From contig CAXXXD010000003.1 of the NCBI GenBank assembly GCA_963663385.2, positions 288,001 to 352,000 of the forward strand: a DNA stretch of 64,000 nucleotides, given 5' to 3'. The notes beneath the pieces are model-generated. The model was not told where the DNA came from. It saw only the letters and a program-made list of their open reading frames with translations, and did no database searches. The position numbers and the translations under genes were made by a program. Numbering within the stretch: the stretch's first letter is position 1; each line of letters opens with the position of its first letter. The stretch comes from Oceanispirochaeta sp. GTDB taxonomy: Bacteria; Spirochaetota; Spirochaetia; DSM-2461. This document shows positions 1-9,980 of the stretch, piece by piece.

Positions 1-1287
1 TTATGCCGGGAGAATATCGTCTGTATGGCACTGGCTGCCGATTCCAGACCCCACTTTACAACCATTGCCGATTTTATCTCTTCCCGTCATAAAGAGTGCC
101 AATCCCTCTTTACCATGATACTCTCTGTTTGCTACTCCCAGGGGCTGATCGGCAAAAACATGTTTGCCATTGACGGCTGCAAGATCTCCTCAAACTGTTC
201 AAAGGAATGGAGCGGAACCAAAGCGGAACTATTTGCCAAAACAAAGAAAATAGAGAAATCCGTAAACTATCTGATTGAGAAACACAAAAGCACGGATGCC
301 AGTTGGGATGATAAGAATCAGCGGAAAAAAGAAAAGCAGGCCATCAAAAAGTTAAAGGCTAAAACAGATAAAATCTACAAATGGCTGGATACCCATTATG
401 ACCGGTTCGGCAGTCAGGATCAGCCCATTAAAAGCAATATTGTAGATAACGAAAGCGCCAAAATGTCTACCGGACACGGTGTTATACAGGGTTACAACGG
501 CATTGCCGCCGTAGATGACAAACATCAGCTGATCATATTTGCCGACACCTACGGCGATGCAAACGAATCAGGACACCTAACAGAGATACTTGAGGGGATT
601 GATAAGAGCTGCAAAGAATCTCACATAGATGACCACATCTATAATAATGTCACCATAACTGCTGATACAGGATTCCATAATAAAAAGAACATGCAGATGA
701 TCAGCGAGAAAAAAATTGATGCCTATATCCCGGACAATCAGTTCAGAAAAAGGCACGTAGCCTTTCAGGATGCCGGCAGATACAAAAAGAAAGTCGCCAA
801 CTGGAAACCGGAAAAAGGAAAACACTATTTTAGTCCGGAAGACTTTTATATGGATACGGCAACCAACCAGCTTATCTGCCCTGCCGGTCATGCCATGTGG
901 CTGAAATCCCCCAACTTCAGAAGCAATGACGGTCGGTATACCGGAAAGTCCTATCAAGGGCATATACGCAATTGTCGTGACTGTAAACTTCGTTCAAAAT
1001 GTATAAGAAAGGAAACGACAAAGGCCCGTCAGGTTGCCATACTGAAGGAAGTGCCGGATGGAAAAGGGAGCAATCCCGTGGCCGATATGAAGGAGAAAAT
1101 TGATACGCCCTATGGACGATCAGTTTATGCAAAACGGATGAGTACGGTAGAACCTGTATTCGGACATATTGCCGGAATGAAAAAGCTGAATCGCTTTACT
1201 TTACGGGGTACGGAAAAGGTCCGGACACAGTGGTTGTTGTACTGTATGGTGCATAATATCGGGAAAATCCAGCAGTATAGTGCGTAG
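1..1287 (+). CDS. IS1182-family DDE transposase, 5'-truncated by the window edge
   Basis: Frame is open from base 1 (LCRENIVCMALAADSRPHFTTIADF). Motifs FAIDGCKI, QGYNG, ADTGF, a CPAG...C..C..C insertion, and C-terminal RMSTVEPVFG...RFTLRG...HN. Confidence 0.9.
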   Translation, partial: LCRENIVCMALAADSRPHFTTIADFISSRHKECQSLFTMILSVCYSQGLIGKNMFAIDGCKISSNCSKEWSGTKAELFAKTKKIEKSVNYLIEKHKSTDASWDDKNQRKKEKQAIKKLKAKTDKIYKWLDTHYDRFGSQDQPIKSNIVDNESAKMSTGHGVIQGYNGIAAVDDKHQLIIFADTYGDANESGHLTEILEGIDKSCKESHIDDHIYNNVTITADTGFHNKKNMQMISEKKIDAYIPDNQFRKRHVAFQDAGRYKKKVANWKPEKGKHYFSPEDFYMDTATNQLICPAGHAMWLKSPNFRSNDGRYTGKSYQGHIRNCRDCKLRSKCIRKETTKARQVAILKEVPDGKGSNPVADMKEKIDTPYGRSVYAKRMSTVEPVFGHIAGMKKLNRFTLRGTEKVRTQWLLYCMVHNIGKIQQYSA

Positions 1288-1461
1288 GAATACGGAAAAG
1301 TGCTAAAGAATGGGTATAGCGTTGGATAAAACCAATTGTAGTTGAATATAGCCGGTTTTAATCGGATTGAATATTGAAATTAATGAGATGAATGATTTTT
1401 AGGAATGAGTGCTTTCAGGGGAGCCTTGAAAATACCCAGTTTGAGTTTTTCTACAGTCTCG
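1..1461 (+). mobile_element. IS1182-family insertion sequence, left part outside the window
   Basis: Transposase ORF plus a probable right terminal sequence GAGTTTTTCTACAGTCTCG at 1443-1461, resembling IS1182 ends. The left end is not visible. Confidence 0.75.
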
Positions 1462-2015
1462 TTATTACAGGAAGGCCCGAACACTTGAAAACAATGGATT
1501 TTATTATGGAGTATGACGGAACTGTTTTTTGAAAAGAATACGACAATTCCTGAAAGCGATAATGAATATATAATAAAACTGACATTTTTCAGATAATAAA
1601 AAAACAGCCAGTAAAATTCGGAAGTGTTTTATGTCCTGACTGGATATCAATCGGTTTGTAAGGGGTAATTTATATCAGTAAACAAAGTTTACTTTTTGTT
1701 GTTTTAAGCTTTTATGTATAGTCATTTTTTTTATTGACAAAGGTATTTGAGCTTGTAAGTATTACTACGATAAAGCCCATTTATAAAACCGATGGTTTTT
1801 CGTTACTCTTGAAGTATTTTTCTATTTGGTTTGCGGAACTTTCAGCTTAATCTCATTTGATAATTTAGCCGGAGGATAATATTCCTCGGATTTCTGGTTC
1901 TTAGAAATGTTATGTTTCAGTATTTCTTAGTGTTTATTTATTCATTGACTAAAATCAAATGATCATTATTATGTTTTAACTAGGACATAATCTTTCTGAA
2001 AGACTAGGAGACATC

Positions 2016-2825
2016 ATGCTTGTATTATTTCTATTTCTTAGCTTTTTATTTACAAGTTGTAGATCACTTTATCTTCCCGCTTTCTACAGTAGTGATGATG
2101 TTTATACACCAATTGAGATTAAGGAAAATGAAAAAAAAAGTAATACTGTATCAATTACTGTCGAGGCAGATTCTCGTAGTTCGTCATCTTTATTTTTACT
2201 GACACGGTTTCCTGTTCATCTTGATACATATCAATTTGCATTTAATATTGGTATGCAGAGAAGGTTGGGGGAAATAATCTATATAAATAATATATTATCC
2301 CCCTCATTACTTGGCGGAATTGCCGAAGTTAAAGAAGATTCTGAAAATCAGCACTATTATAGTTTTGGCGGAGCAATGCAATTACAATCCAGTATATCTA
2401 TATATCCAAAGAATTGGGGTATTACCAGCGGCTTTGCATATACAGTTTCTTATGAAGCATTAGGAGATTATAGAGAGTATAGGAAAGAAATAGAGTCAGA
2501 AGACTTTTTTCTTGAAAGTTATAACAATCTGGGAGAAACAGGCTTGTGTTCGAATATGAATATTTTTATAGATGTAACAGATTGGAGTCATCCAGAAAAA
2601 CTGGCAATGTTTACCAGAGTCGCGATAGGATCCGCTATGTATGACAGCTATCTTCCATTTGCACTTCATGACGAAGAATATGTAAGCGGAGATGAACCCT
2701 ATCGATTTTACCTTATACCTTATTCGGCTATATATTGTGGAGTGCATAAAAAGAATTTCTATTATATAAAGATAAAGATTGATGAAATGCAAGCAACCAC
2801 TTTATCCATCGGATGTAATTTCTAA
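2016..2825 (+). CDS. Hypothetical lipoprotein (AT-rich, orphan-like)
   Basis: 269-aa ORF with RBS AGGAG and a hydrophobic N-terminus ending in lipobox-like FTSC. C-terminal Phe. Confidence 0.65.
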   Translation: MLVLFLFLSFLFTSCRSLYLPAFYSSDDVYTPIEIKENEKKSNTVSITVEADSRSSSSLFLLTRFPVHLDTYQFAFNIGMQRRLGEIIYINNILSPSLLGGIAEVKEDSENQHYYSFGGAMQLQSSISIYPKNWGITSGFAYTVSYEALGDYREYRKEIESEDFFLESYNNLGETGLCSNMNIFIDVTDWSHPEKLAMFTRVAIGSAMYDSYLPFALHDEEYVSGDEPYRFYLIPYSAIYCGVHKKNFYYIKIKIDEMQATTLSIGCNF

Positions 2826-3061
2826 ACTATTATATTCTGTATCAAAGATTAAAATGCTTCTTCTGATAACAACTGTTATGTTATACTACTAAATCTATAC
2901 TAGGGAAACGATTATTTTTTGGAATTTACTCAGTACCTGTTTGTAGAGTAAACCGGGATATCAGGAGATTTCGTATAAAATGTCGTAAGCGGTAATTCTC
3001 TCCATCTTGCGTGATTTCGAAATGATTATATACTCCATGAAAAATCATGGAGGAACCTAAT

Positions 3062-3343
3062 ATGACCAACTGGAATTGGCCTGAATTAATCGAAGAACAA
3101 AAACAGAGCGGGAAAACAATTTCTGAGTTCTGCGCAGATAAAGGAGTTCACTATACATCTTTCTACAAGAATCGAAAAAAATTAAAGAAAAGCAGTTTTA
3201 TTGAAATCAAACAGAAAGCCCCGGTATTACAGCCACAAAACCCCACAATGATACTCAGATACAAGGATTTCTCATTGGATCTGGCATCAGGTTATAACAG
3301 GCAATCCCTGATAGATCTTCTGAAGATTCTGAGAGAGTTGTAA
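3062..3343 (+). CDS. tnpA: IS66 accessory protein TnpA
   Basis: W..LIEEQKQSGKTISEFC...GV HTH pattern. GGAGG RBS favours ATG 3062. Confidence 0.85.
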   Translation: MTNWNWPELIEEQKQSGKTISEFCADKGVHYTSFYKNRKKLKKSSFIEIKQKAPVLQPQNPTMILRYKDFSLDLASGYNRQSLIDLLKILREL

Positions 3344-3687
3344 TGTTTGTTGACCTGAACGAATACCGGATCTTTCTGAGACCCGGCACGACAGACTTAA
3401 GAAAAGCGATCAACGGATTATCTCTGTTTATCCAGAATGAAATGAATCATGATTTATTCGCCAAATCGCTATTCCTCTTTTGTAACCGGCAGAGAAAACT
3501 TCTGAAAATTGTCTACTGGGATAATACCGGTTTTTGTCTCTGGCAGAAGAGACTGGAAGAGAACAGATATCCCTGGCCGGAAACAGATGAAGATGCTAAA
3601 GAGATCAGCATGGATGAATTGAAAATGCTCCTGACGGGAATAGACTTTTTCAAAGCGCATAAAAAATTATCATATTCCCGTATTTAG
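3343..3687 (+). CDS. tnpB: IS66 accessory protein TnpB
   Basis: TDLRKAINGL...LFLFCNRQR..LKIVYWD..GFCLWQKRLE...YPWP signature. Confidence 0.95.
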   Translation: MFVDLNEYRIFLRPGTTDLRKAINGLSLFIQNEMNHDLFAKSLFLFCNRQRKLLKIVYWDNTGFCLWQKRLEENRYPWPETDEDAKEISMDELKMLLTGIDFFKAHKKLSYSRI

Positions 3688-3726
3688 AGATTTTATAATT
3701 ATAGAAACTTTGATAGAATTCCCCGT

Positions 3727-5289
3727 ATGGAGAATGAAGAACAGCATTTAAGAGAACAACTTGATGCACAAAAAATAGAAATTGCTGAACTGAAAAGACT
3801 TAATGCCATTCTCCAGGAGCAAGTAGCAAAACTGAACCTCCTGCACTTTGGAACAAAATCAGAGAAGATAACTGCCGAAGATAAGAAACAAGCTTCTCTC
3901 TTCAATGAAGCGGAAGATAGTGCTTTTGCTCAGAATGATGAAGAGCAGGAGAAAAATGTTATTGAAACGGTTGAGGTCGGTTCCTACAAGAAAAATATTA
4001 AAAAATCCGGCCGGAAACCTCTGCCGGCAGATCTGCCGAGAGAGATCGTGGAATATGATATTCCGGATAAAGATAAGATCTGTGCCTGCGGAACAGAAAA
4101 GACCTGTATCGGTGAAGATGTTTCCGAGAGAGCAAAAATTATTCCGTCAAAAGTCGTTGTTATTCAGGAACGTAGAAAAAAGTACTCCTGCAAGAATTGT
4201 GAAGGGACGACTCTTGATGAAGCTGCTGTACAGACCGCAGAAGGAGCAAAGCATCTGGTCGCGGGCAGTATTGCCGATGAAAGCCTGCTCGCTTGGAGTA
4301 TAAGCGAAAAGTTTGAGTTCGCTCTTCCTTTCTACAGGCAATCAAAACGGTTAAACCAGATAGGCATACCGATCCCCCGGGCGACATTGAGCAATCTTAC
4401 GATAAAATCGGCAACGGCATGTAAGCCTCTATATGATTTGCTGAAAGAAAACATTAAATCCGGTTCCATTATTAATGCCGATGAGACGAGAGTTCAGGTT
4501 CTAAAGGAACCGAAACGAAAAGCTTCAGATAAATCATGGATGTGGGTCTTTCTCAGAGGAGATCCCGATAAAAAATGTGTCATATTTCAGTATGAGCAAG
4601 GCCGATCCCATGCAATTCCGTTGGATTTCTTGGAAAATTACTCTGGCTGGGTTCAAACTGATGATTTTGAGGCCTACCATACTGCCCGAAAAAAAGTTGA
4701 TGGAGATATAAAGCATGTCTTATGCTGGGCCCATGCCAGAAGAAAGTTCTTCCAATATTGGGAATCAACCAAGAAAAAAGATGCAGAAGCAAAGCAAATT
4801 CTCGACCTGATAAAGGATCTGTTTGAACTGGAATCATTACGGGATAATTATTCGCTAAAAGGGTTTCATAAACAGCGACAAAATAGAGCAGAACCGATAC
4901 TAGATAAGTTACAGAAAAAACTGACGAAGCTTTATCCTCAAGTACCTCCTTCTTTAGAGTTCGGTAAGGCGATGAAGTATACATTGAGCAACTGGGAGCA
5001 GTTGGTTCTATATCTGAAAAATCCTGTTTTGACTCCTTCGAACAATAGCGCTGAAAATGCAATCAGACCCTTCGTAATCGGGAGAAAAAACTGGCTTTTT
5101 GCCGGAAGCCCGAAAGGTGCTGAATCATCGGCAATTCTGTACAGTCTCGTTGAATCTGCGAAGATGAACAATCTTCCAGTTTATGCTTACTTGTACTTTA
5201 TCTTCCGGGAATTGCCCTGCTGTGAAAAACAGAGTGATTATGAAAAATTACTTCCCTATAACTTAACTGCTGAAGATATTGCAATCTGA
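3727..5289 (+). CDS. tnpC: IS66 transposase TnpC
   Basis: FGTKSEK, GRKPLPADLPRE, zinc finger, LPFYRQ, ADET, CWAHARRKF, SNNSAENAIRPFVIGRKNWLF. Confidence 0.97.
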   Translation: MENEEQHLREQLDAQKIEIAELKRLNAILQEQVAKLNLLHFGTKSEKITAEDKKQASLFNEAEDSAFAQNDEEQEKNVIETVEVGSYKKNIKKSGRKPLPADLPREIVEYDIPDKDKICACGTEKTCIGEDVSERAKIIPSKVVVIQERRKKYSCKNCEGTTLDEAAVQTAEGAKHLVAGSIADESLLAWSISEKFEFALPFYRQSKRLNQIGIPIPRATLSNLTIKSATACKPLYDLLKENIKSGSIINADETRVQVLKEPKRKASDKSWMWVFLRGDPDKKCVIFQYEQGRSHAIPLDFLENYSGWVQTDDFEAYHTARKKVDGDIKHVLCWAHARRKFFQYWESTKKKDAEAKQILDLIKDLFELESLRDNYSLKGFHKQRQNRAEPILDKLQKKLTKLYPQVPPSLEFGKAMKYTLSNWEQLVLYLKNPVLTPSNNSAENAIRPFVIGRKNWLFAGSPKGAESSAILYSLVESAKMNNLPVYAYLYFIFRELPCCEKQSDYEKLLPYNLTAEDIAI

Positions 5290-5433
5290 TCCATCAGTCC
5301 TAAAATGCTGTCAATGTGGGAAGAATTACCGCTTACAAAATGTCCCGGATAATCCTTTGTACGAAGTGTGTAAAATACAGATGTAAAAAGATGATATTAT
5401 ATAAACGCTTACTTTGAAGTGGAGATAATAAAT

Positions 5434-6213
5434 ATGCAGGTCATAAGCCTTTCTGTAATTATTGATACTGTAGAAGATAATGAGATTGAGATCATTGCCG
5501 TAAATGATACTGATCATGTCCGGTTTTCCTATCTCCCCGACAGCAGGACAATTCAATTCGATCAGAAGAATTCCGTTTCGAATGTTCTTGAAAAGAATCA
5601 ATTGCAGTTTAACAAAGTGATTCAATCCACTCTTAAGAGAAGGGTCACTCCCGGTCAGAGAATCGATTGCGTTTTTATTGAGGGATTTCAGTTTTTAAAG
5701 GATACCGATTTCAAGAACTATATTATGATGGACAGGCGCCGGGGACAGCTGGATATCTCTGTAGGCGACAAGGAAATCGGTTCCATCAGCAGGATTTATG
5801 CTGACGGGTCATTTCGTGAAGGCACGGGGCTGTCCGGGTATGGAGGATTTATTGAAGATCCCCGGGGAAACCGGGAGTTTTTCTCCTTTTCGTGCAGAGG
5901 CGGGAGCAGCAATCTTATGGAACTGCTGGCAGTAACGGAGGGCCTGGAGAAACTGAAGGAAACCGAAAAAATTCAGATCAATTCGGACAGCCGCTTCGTT
6001 ATCAGGGGGCTGATTCAATGGGTTCACTTCTGGAAGCATAATAACTGGCAGACCGCCTACGGTAGCAAGGTGAAATTTGAAAAGCAGTGGCAGCAGCTGG
6101 ATCGGCTCTGTGAGGGAAAGCTGCTGGAGTTTCACTGGATAAAAGGGCACTCGGGGCATGAGAAGCAGGAGCTTTCGCATAGATTGGCTCAGCTGGGAAA
6201 TCATCTTCTTTAA
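5434..6213 (+). CDS. rnhA: Ribonuclease HI-domain protein with a ~115-aa uncharacterised N-terminal domain
   Basis: C-terminal half has IYADGS, SNLMELLAV, NSDSRFV, W..NNWQT and HWIKGHSGH. GGAG RBS precedes ATG 5434. Confidence 0.85.
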   Translation: MQVISLSVIIDTVEDNEIEIIAVNDTDHVRFSYLPDSRTIQFDQKNSVSNVLEKNQLQFNKVIQSTLKRRVTPGQRIDCVFIEGFQFLKDTDFKNYIMMDRRRGQLDISVGDKEIGSISRIYADGSFREGTGLSGYGGFIEDPRGNREFFSFSCRGGSSNLMELLAVTEGLEKLKETEKIQINSDSRFVIRGLIQWVHFWKHNNWQTAYGSKVKFEKQWQQLDRLCEGKLLEFHWIKGHSGHEKQELSHRLAQLGNHLL

Positions 6214-6285
6214 TGCATCGGTTTTGTATATCCTGAATTCTTAATCTCCTTGTCAAAAATCACCCTCTCCCCTTATGATTACCCC

Positions 6286-8175
6286 ATGAAGATCCGCTAT
6301 CAGCTTATAATTCTGATGTTCTTTTATATATTCGGTATTACCCTCCTGGCTACTATGTCCATTCAAAGCCGTCTGAAAGCTGAGGAAATACAGAACTCCA
6401 TCAATCTCGGCTCCGAACTGCAGCTCAAATCCCGGGAAGTTCAGAGTCATATGAAGGATATCGTCTTTAATCTTTTTGCGCCCAAAATGTACAACCAGCT
6501 CAGGTCTCTTACTTTTTCTCCCCGTTCCGCCGTTACAATCCGGCAGTGGCAGGAGGCTGTTCATGAATACAATAAGACATTTGATGAGTTTATGAAGCTG
6601 GATCATTTTTTCCGGGAAGACGAGGACCTTATCCGGGACCAGTATTTTACGGCCATAACCATGAATAACCGGGCCATGGAGATGCTCTCCAATATGGAAG
6701 AAACCCTGATTATCCTTAAAAGCCAGTATCGGACTGCGGACAACCTGTACAATGAGATGCAGAAGGAAGATTCCCTAATACCTTTCTTCAATGAATTTCA
6801 GGAGACATCCTACTATTTTAAAAACAGTTTTGAGAGTTTTATGAACTATTTTATAGAATCCATCCGGGAGGAGGGGGGACGGATCCAAAGGCGATTAAGC
6901 ATAGTGTTCGGTATTTCCTCCCTGTCCATTCTATTGATCTCCCTTTTTTTTACCCTGTTCCTTTCCCGCAGTCTGGTAAACAAACTGAAACTGGTGGAAA
7001 ATTCCTTCCGCATGGTTTCCAGGGGAAATTTCTCCACACACATGGATATTCATTCCAGGGATGAATTCGGCGCCTTTGCCAAAACATTCAACGAGCTTAT
7101 TTCCGATTTGAAGGAGAATGTGGAAAGCATCCTGAACCTGACCCGGGATGTGGGAGGGTTTATTTCCGATAAGTCTGATGTAAACTCCCTGTATGAACTG
7201 GTTGCCATGGCTGTGGTGCAGGATACCACCGCCGAAACAGCGGCTGTCTACCGTAATGACAAAGACGGATTTACCAGGGAAGCGGAAAAAGGAGAGCCCC
7301 TGAGCAGCGAGGAAGAACAGAAAATCATCGGCAGCATCAGCGCTCAGATTATGCACCATAACAAGCAGATTTCTATAAAGGACGCTTCAGTTCTCCTGGA
7401 TCTCCCGCGTATCAGCGCCGTTCTGGCGGTTCCTCTTGTGGTGGAGGGAAAATCATTCGGCTACCTGATCTCCATTCTCCGGAAAGAGGGGGAATCCTTC
7501 TCGGATCTGGGAATAACGAGACTGGCAACCTTTGCCGAGTACGCCTCTCTTACAATCGACAATTTCTTTAAGTACCAGGAGATTCTGGAGAGGCGGGATG
7601 CCCGGTATCAGGCCCTTCAGTCCCAGGTTCAGCCCCACTTCCTCTATAATATCCTGAGTGTTATTCTGGGACAGAACAGGGAGGGGGCATCCGAAAAAAT
7701 CAGCGCTACCGTAACAGCCCTGAAGGAGATGCTCCGGTATATTCAGTCCCAGAACAGCTGGACATCTTTGGAGGAGGAGTGTCAGTTTATTGAACAGTAC
7801 TGCCTTCTGCAGAAAACCCGGTTCGGCGAGAGGTTCAGTTATACTATTTCCGTGGATGATAAAGCCCGGCACTTTCAGATCCCCAGGCTCCTGTTTCAGC
7901 CCCTGGTGGAGAACTCGATTATCCATGGCATAGAGCCCCTTGAGGAAGGCGGTCTTCTGGAAATTACGGCCTCTTCCACCAGAATAAGGGGCGAAAAGGG
8001 GCTCAATCTGACCATCCGGGATAATGGAATCGGGTTTGATTCAGAGAATATGGACCGTAAAATGAATATCGGGCTCCTGAATGTTCAGCAGAGGCTGAAG
8101 ATCGCCTATCCCGAATCGATCTTTAATATTGCAAGCCGCCCCGGAGAGGGGACAGTGGTGAAAATAGAGATATGA
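6286..8175 (+). CDS. YesM/LytS-type sensor histidine kinase (2 TM, HAMP, GAF-like, His_kinase, HATPase)
   Basis: SRDEFG HAMP, LQSQVQPHFLYN, QPLVENSIIHG, DNGIG, IGLLNVQQRL. Start placed at ATG 6286. Confidence 0.9.
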   Translation: MKIRYQLIILMFFYIFGITLLATMSIQSRLKAEEIQNSINLGSELQLKSREVQSHMKDIVFNLFAPKMYNQLRSLTFSPRSAVTIRQWQEAVHEYNKTFDEFMKLDHFFREDEDLIRDQYFTAITMNNRAMEMLSNMEETLIILKSQYRTADNLYNEMQKEDSLIPFFNEFQETSYYFKNSFESFMNYFIESIREEGGRIQRRLSIVFGISSLSILLISLFFTLFLSRSLVNKLKLVENSFRMVSRGNFSTHMDIHSRDEFGAFAKTFNELISDLKENVESILNLTRDVGGFISDKSDVNSLYELVAMAVVQDTTAETAAVYRNDKDGFTREAEKGEPLSSEEEQKIIGSISAQIMHHNKQISIKDASVLLDLPRISAVLAVPLVVEGKSFGYLISILRKEGESFSDLGITRLATFAEYASLTIDNFFKYQEILERRDARYQALQSQVQPHFLYNILSVILGQNREGASEKISATVTALKEMLRYIQSQNSWTSLEEECQFIEQYCLLQKTRFGERFSYTISVDDKARHFQIPRLLFQPLVENSIIHGIEPLEEGGLLEITASSTRIRGEKGLNLTIRDNGIGFDSENMDRKMNIGLLNVQQRLKIAYPESIFNIASRPGEGTVVKIEI

Positions 8176-8885
8176 ATATACTTATAGCGGATGACGAACA
8201 TTATGTACGCCTGGAGCTGCGGTCCCTCCTTGAAGAGCTGCTTCCCCAGGCTGAGATTGAGGAAGCGGAAAACGGGTCTCAGCTGAAGGAGAAACTTGAC
8301 AAGGGCTGTTTTCATATGGCCTTTGTGGATATCAGGATGCCCGGGCGTTCCGGCCTGGAAATCCTGAAAGAGTACGACCTGCCTAACCATGAAACCATAG
8401 TTATTATCCTATCGGGGTATTCCGAGTTCAGTTATGCCCGGCAGGCCATTACCCTGGGGGTTTCCGAATATATGCTGAAACCGGTAACCAGGGATGAACT
8501 GCTGGAGGTTATTAAAAAACTCCTGCCTTCTGTACCGCTTCGAACCAGTGAGAGTGAGAATGACAGCAATCTGGTACACGATGCGGAAAAAGTCATATAT
8601 AAACGGTATAAAGAGCAGATCGGGGTAGCCCAGATTGCGGAGGAGCTTAATGTGTCCCCCAACTATCTGAGTTCCCAGTTTAAAAAATACAGGAATCAGA
8701 CTCTCACGAGCTTTATTACAGACCTGCGTCTGAATACGGGAAAAGAGATGCTTCAGCTGCCCGGAGCCAATGTAAAGCATATTGCCGAAAGCCTGGGGTA
8801 TCAGAGCAGCCGGCATTTTGCCCGTCTCTTTCGGGAGAAATTCAACAAGTCTCCCTCGGAATACATTAAAGAGAGTAGAATTTGA
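8172..8885 (+). CDS. YesN-type response regulator (REC + AraC HTH)
   Basis: ILIADDE, DIRMPG, YMLKP and a C-terminal AraC domain (SPNYLSSQFKK...SPSEY). ATGA overlap with the kinase. Confidence 0.93.
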   Translation: MNILIADDEHYVRLELRSLLEELLPQAEIEEAENGSQLKEKLDKGCFHMAFVDIRMPGRSGLEILKEYDLPNHETIVIILSGYSEFSYARQAITLGVSEYMLKPVTRDELLEVIKKLLPSVPLRTSESENDSNLVHDAEKVIYKRYKEQIGVAQIAEELNVSPNYLSSQFKKYRNQTLTSFITDLRLNTGKEMLQLPGANVKHIAESLGYQSSRHFARLFREKFNKSPSEYIKESRI

Positions 8886-8969
8886 CCCCTTTCCATAGTT
8901 TCTCGTCCTAACACCATTTGAAAAAGGGCTGGTACCATAAATTTAACAATCAAACAAAGAGAGGAAAAA

Positions 8970-9980
8970 ATGAAAAAGCTACTAACAGTTTTATTGGTAC
9001 TTACTCTAGCTGCCGGTCTGTTTGCCGGTGGACAGCAGGAAGCAACAGGTGATCAGCCCCTGAAAATCGTACTGCTTGTAAAGAGTCTTGGAAACGGTTT
9101 TTTTGAAGCAGTGGCAGACGGTGGAGTAGAAGCAGCCGAAGAGCTCGGCAATGTGGAATCCATCTATATGGGTCCCAGTTCTTCAACTGCAGAAGGTCAG
9201 ATTGAAATAATCGAAACCCTGATTGCCCAGAGAGTCGATGGAATCGCCATCTCCGCCAATGACAGGGATGCTCTTATCCCCGTAACCAAAAAAGCCATGG
9301 CTGCCGGAATCAAGGTTATATCCTTTGACTCTGGTATCGCAAAGGGCGGCAGAATTGTAGATCTTATCCCTTCCGTTTCAGAACTGATCGGCAGACAGCA
9401 GGTTCAGCTTATTGCCGAACTGACTGACTATAAAGGTCAGATAGGTATCGTCTCCGCCACTTCCCAGGCAACCAATCAGAATGAGTGGATCGAATGGATG
9501 TATGAAGAAATCAAAGATCCCAAATATAAAGATATGGAACTTGTAGAAGTTGTATACGGTGATGATGCAGCGGATAAGAGCTACAGGGAAGCCGTAGGAC
9601 TTATGCAGAAATACCCTGAACTGACAGGAATTATCTCTCCCACAACCATCGGTGTCCTGGCTGCTTCAAAAGCTATCGAAGATGAAGGGATGAAAGGGAA
9701 AGTCCAGATCACCGGTCTCGGTCTGCCTTCCGAAATGCAGCATTATATTGAAAACGGTACCTGCGGTCAGATGGCTCTGTGGAATCCCGTTGATCTCGGT
9801 TATACCTCCACCATGATTCTTGAAGCCCTGATTACAGAAAAAGTACAGGGTAACGAAGGCGAAGCTATCAAGGTCGGCAGAATGGGTGAAGTTACTATCG
9901 GTAAAGACGGCGTATCAGTCATGAGCACTCCCTTTGTATTCAACAAAGACAACATCGCCAAATACGCAGCCATGTTCTAA
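8970..9980 (+). CDS. rhaS: Rhamnose ABC transporter substrate-binding protein
   Basis: LLVKSLGNGFF, ATSQATNQN.WI, YGDD..DKSYREA, TGLGLPSEM, LWNPVDLGY match the RhaS/LsrB-like rhamnose-binding family. Rha gene context. Confidence 0.88.
   Translation: MKKLLTVLLVLTLAAGLFAGGQQEATGDQPLKIVLLVKSLGNGFFEAVADGGVEAAEELGNVESIYMGPSSSTAEGQIEIIETLIAQRVDGIAISANDRDALIPVTKKAMAAGIKVISFDSGIAKGGRIVDLIPSVSELIGRQQVQLIAELTDYKGQIGIVSATSQATNQNEWIEWMYEEIKDPKYKDMELVEVVYGDDAADKSYREAVGLMQKYPELTGIISPTTIGVLAASKAIEDEGMKGKVQITGLGLPSEMQHYIENGTCGQMALWNPVDLGYTSTMILEALITEKVQGNEGEAIKVGRMGEVTIGKDGVSVMSTPFVFNKDNIAKYAAMF

Larger units (their letters stand above)
2985..5336 (+). mobile_element. Complete IS66-family element (2352 bp)
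   Basis: IRL GTAAGCGGTAATTCTCTCCA from 2985 and IRR TGGGAAGAATTACCGCTTAC ending 5336 (first 15 bp perfectly inverted). 8-bp direct repeat AAAATGTC at 2977-2984 and 5337-5344. tnpA-tnpB-tnpC lie inside. Confidence 0.97.

Noticed and set aside
1830..1916. Possible attC site ending ...GAAATGTTATGT
   Set aside because: Could not build convincing paired R and L boxes by eye.
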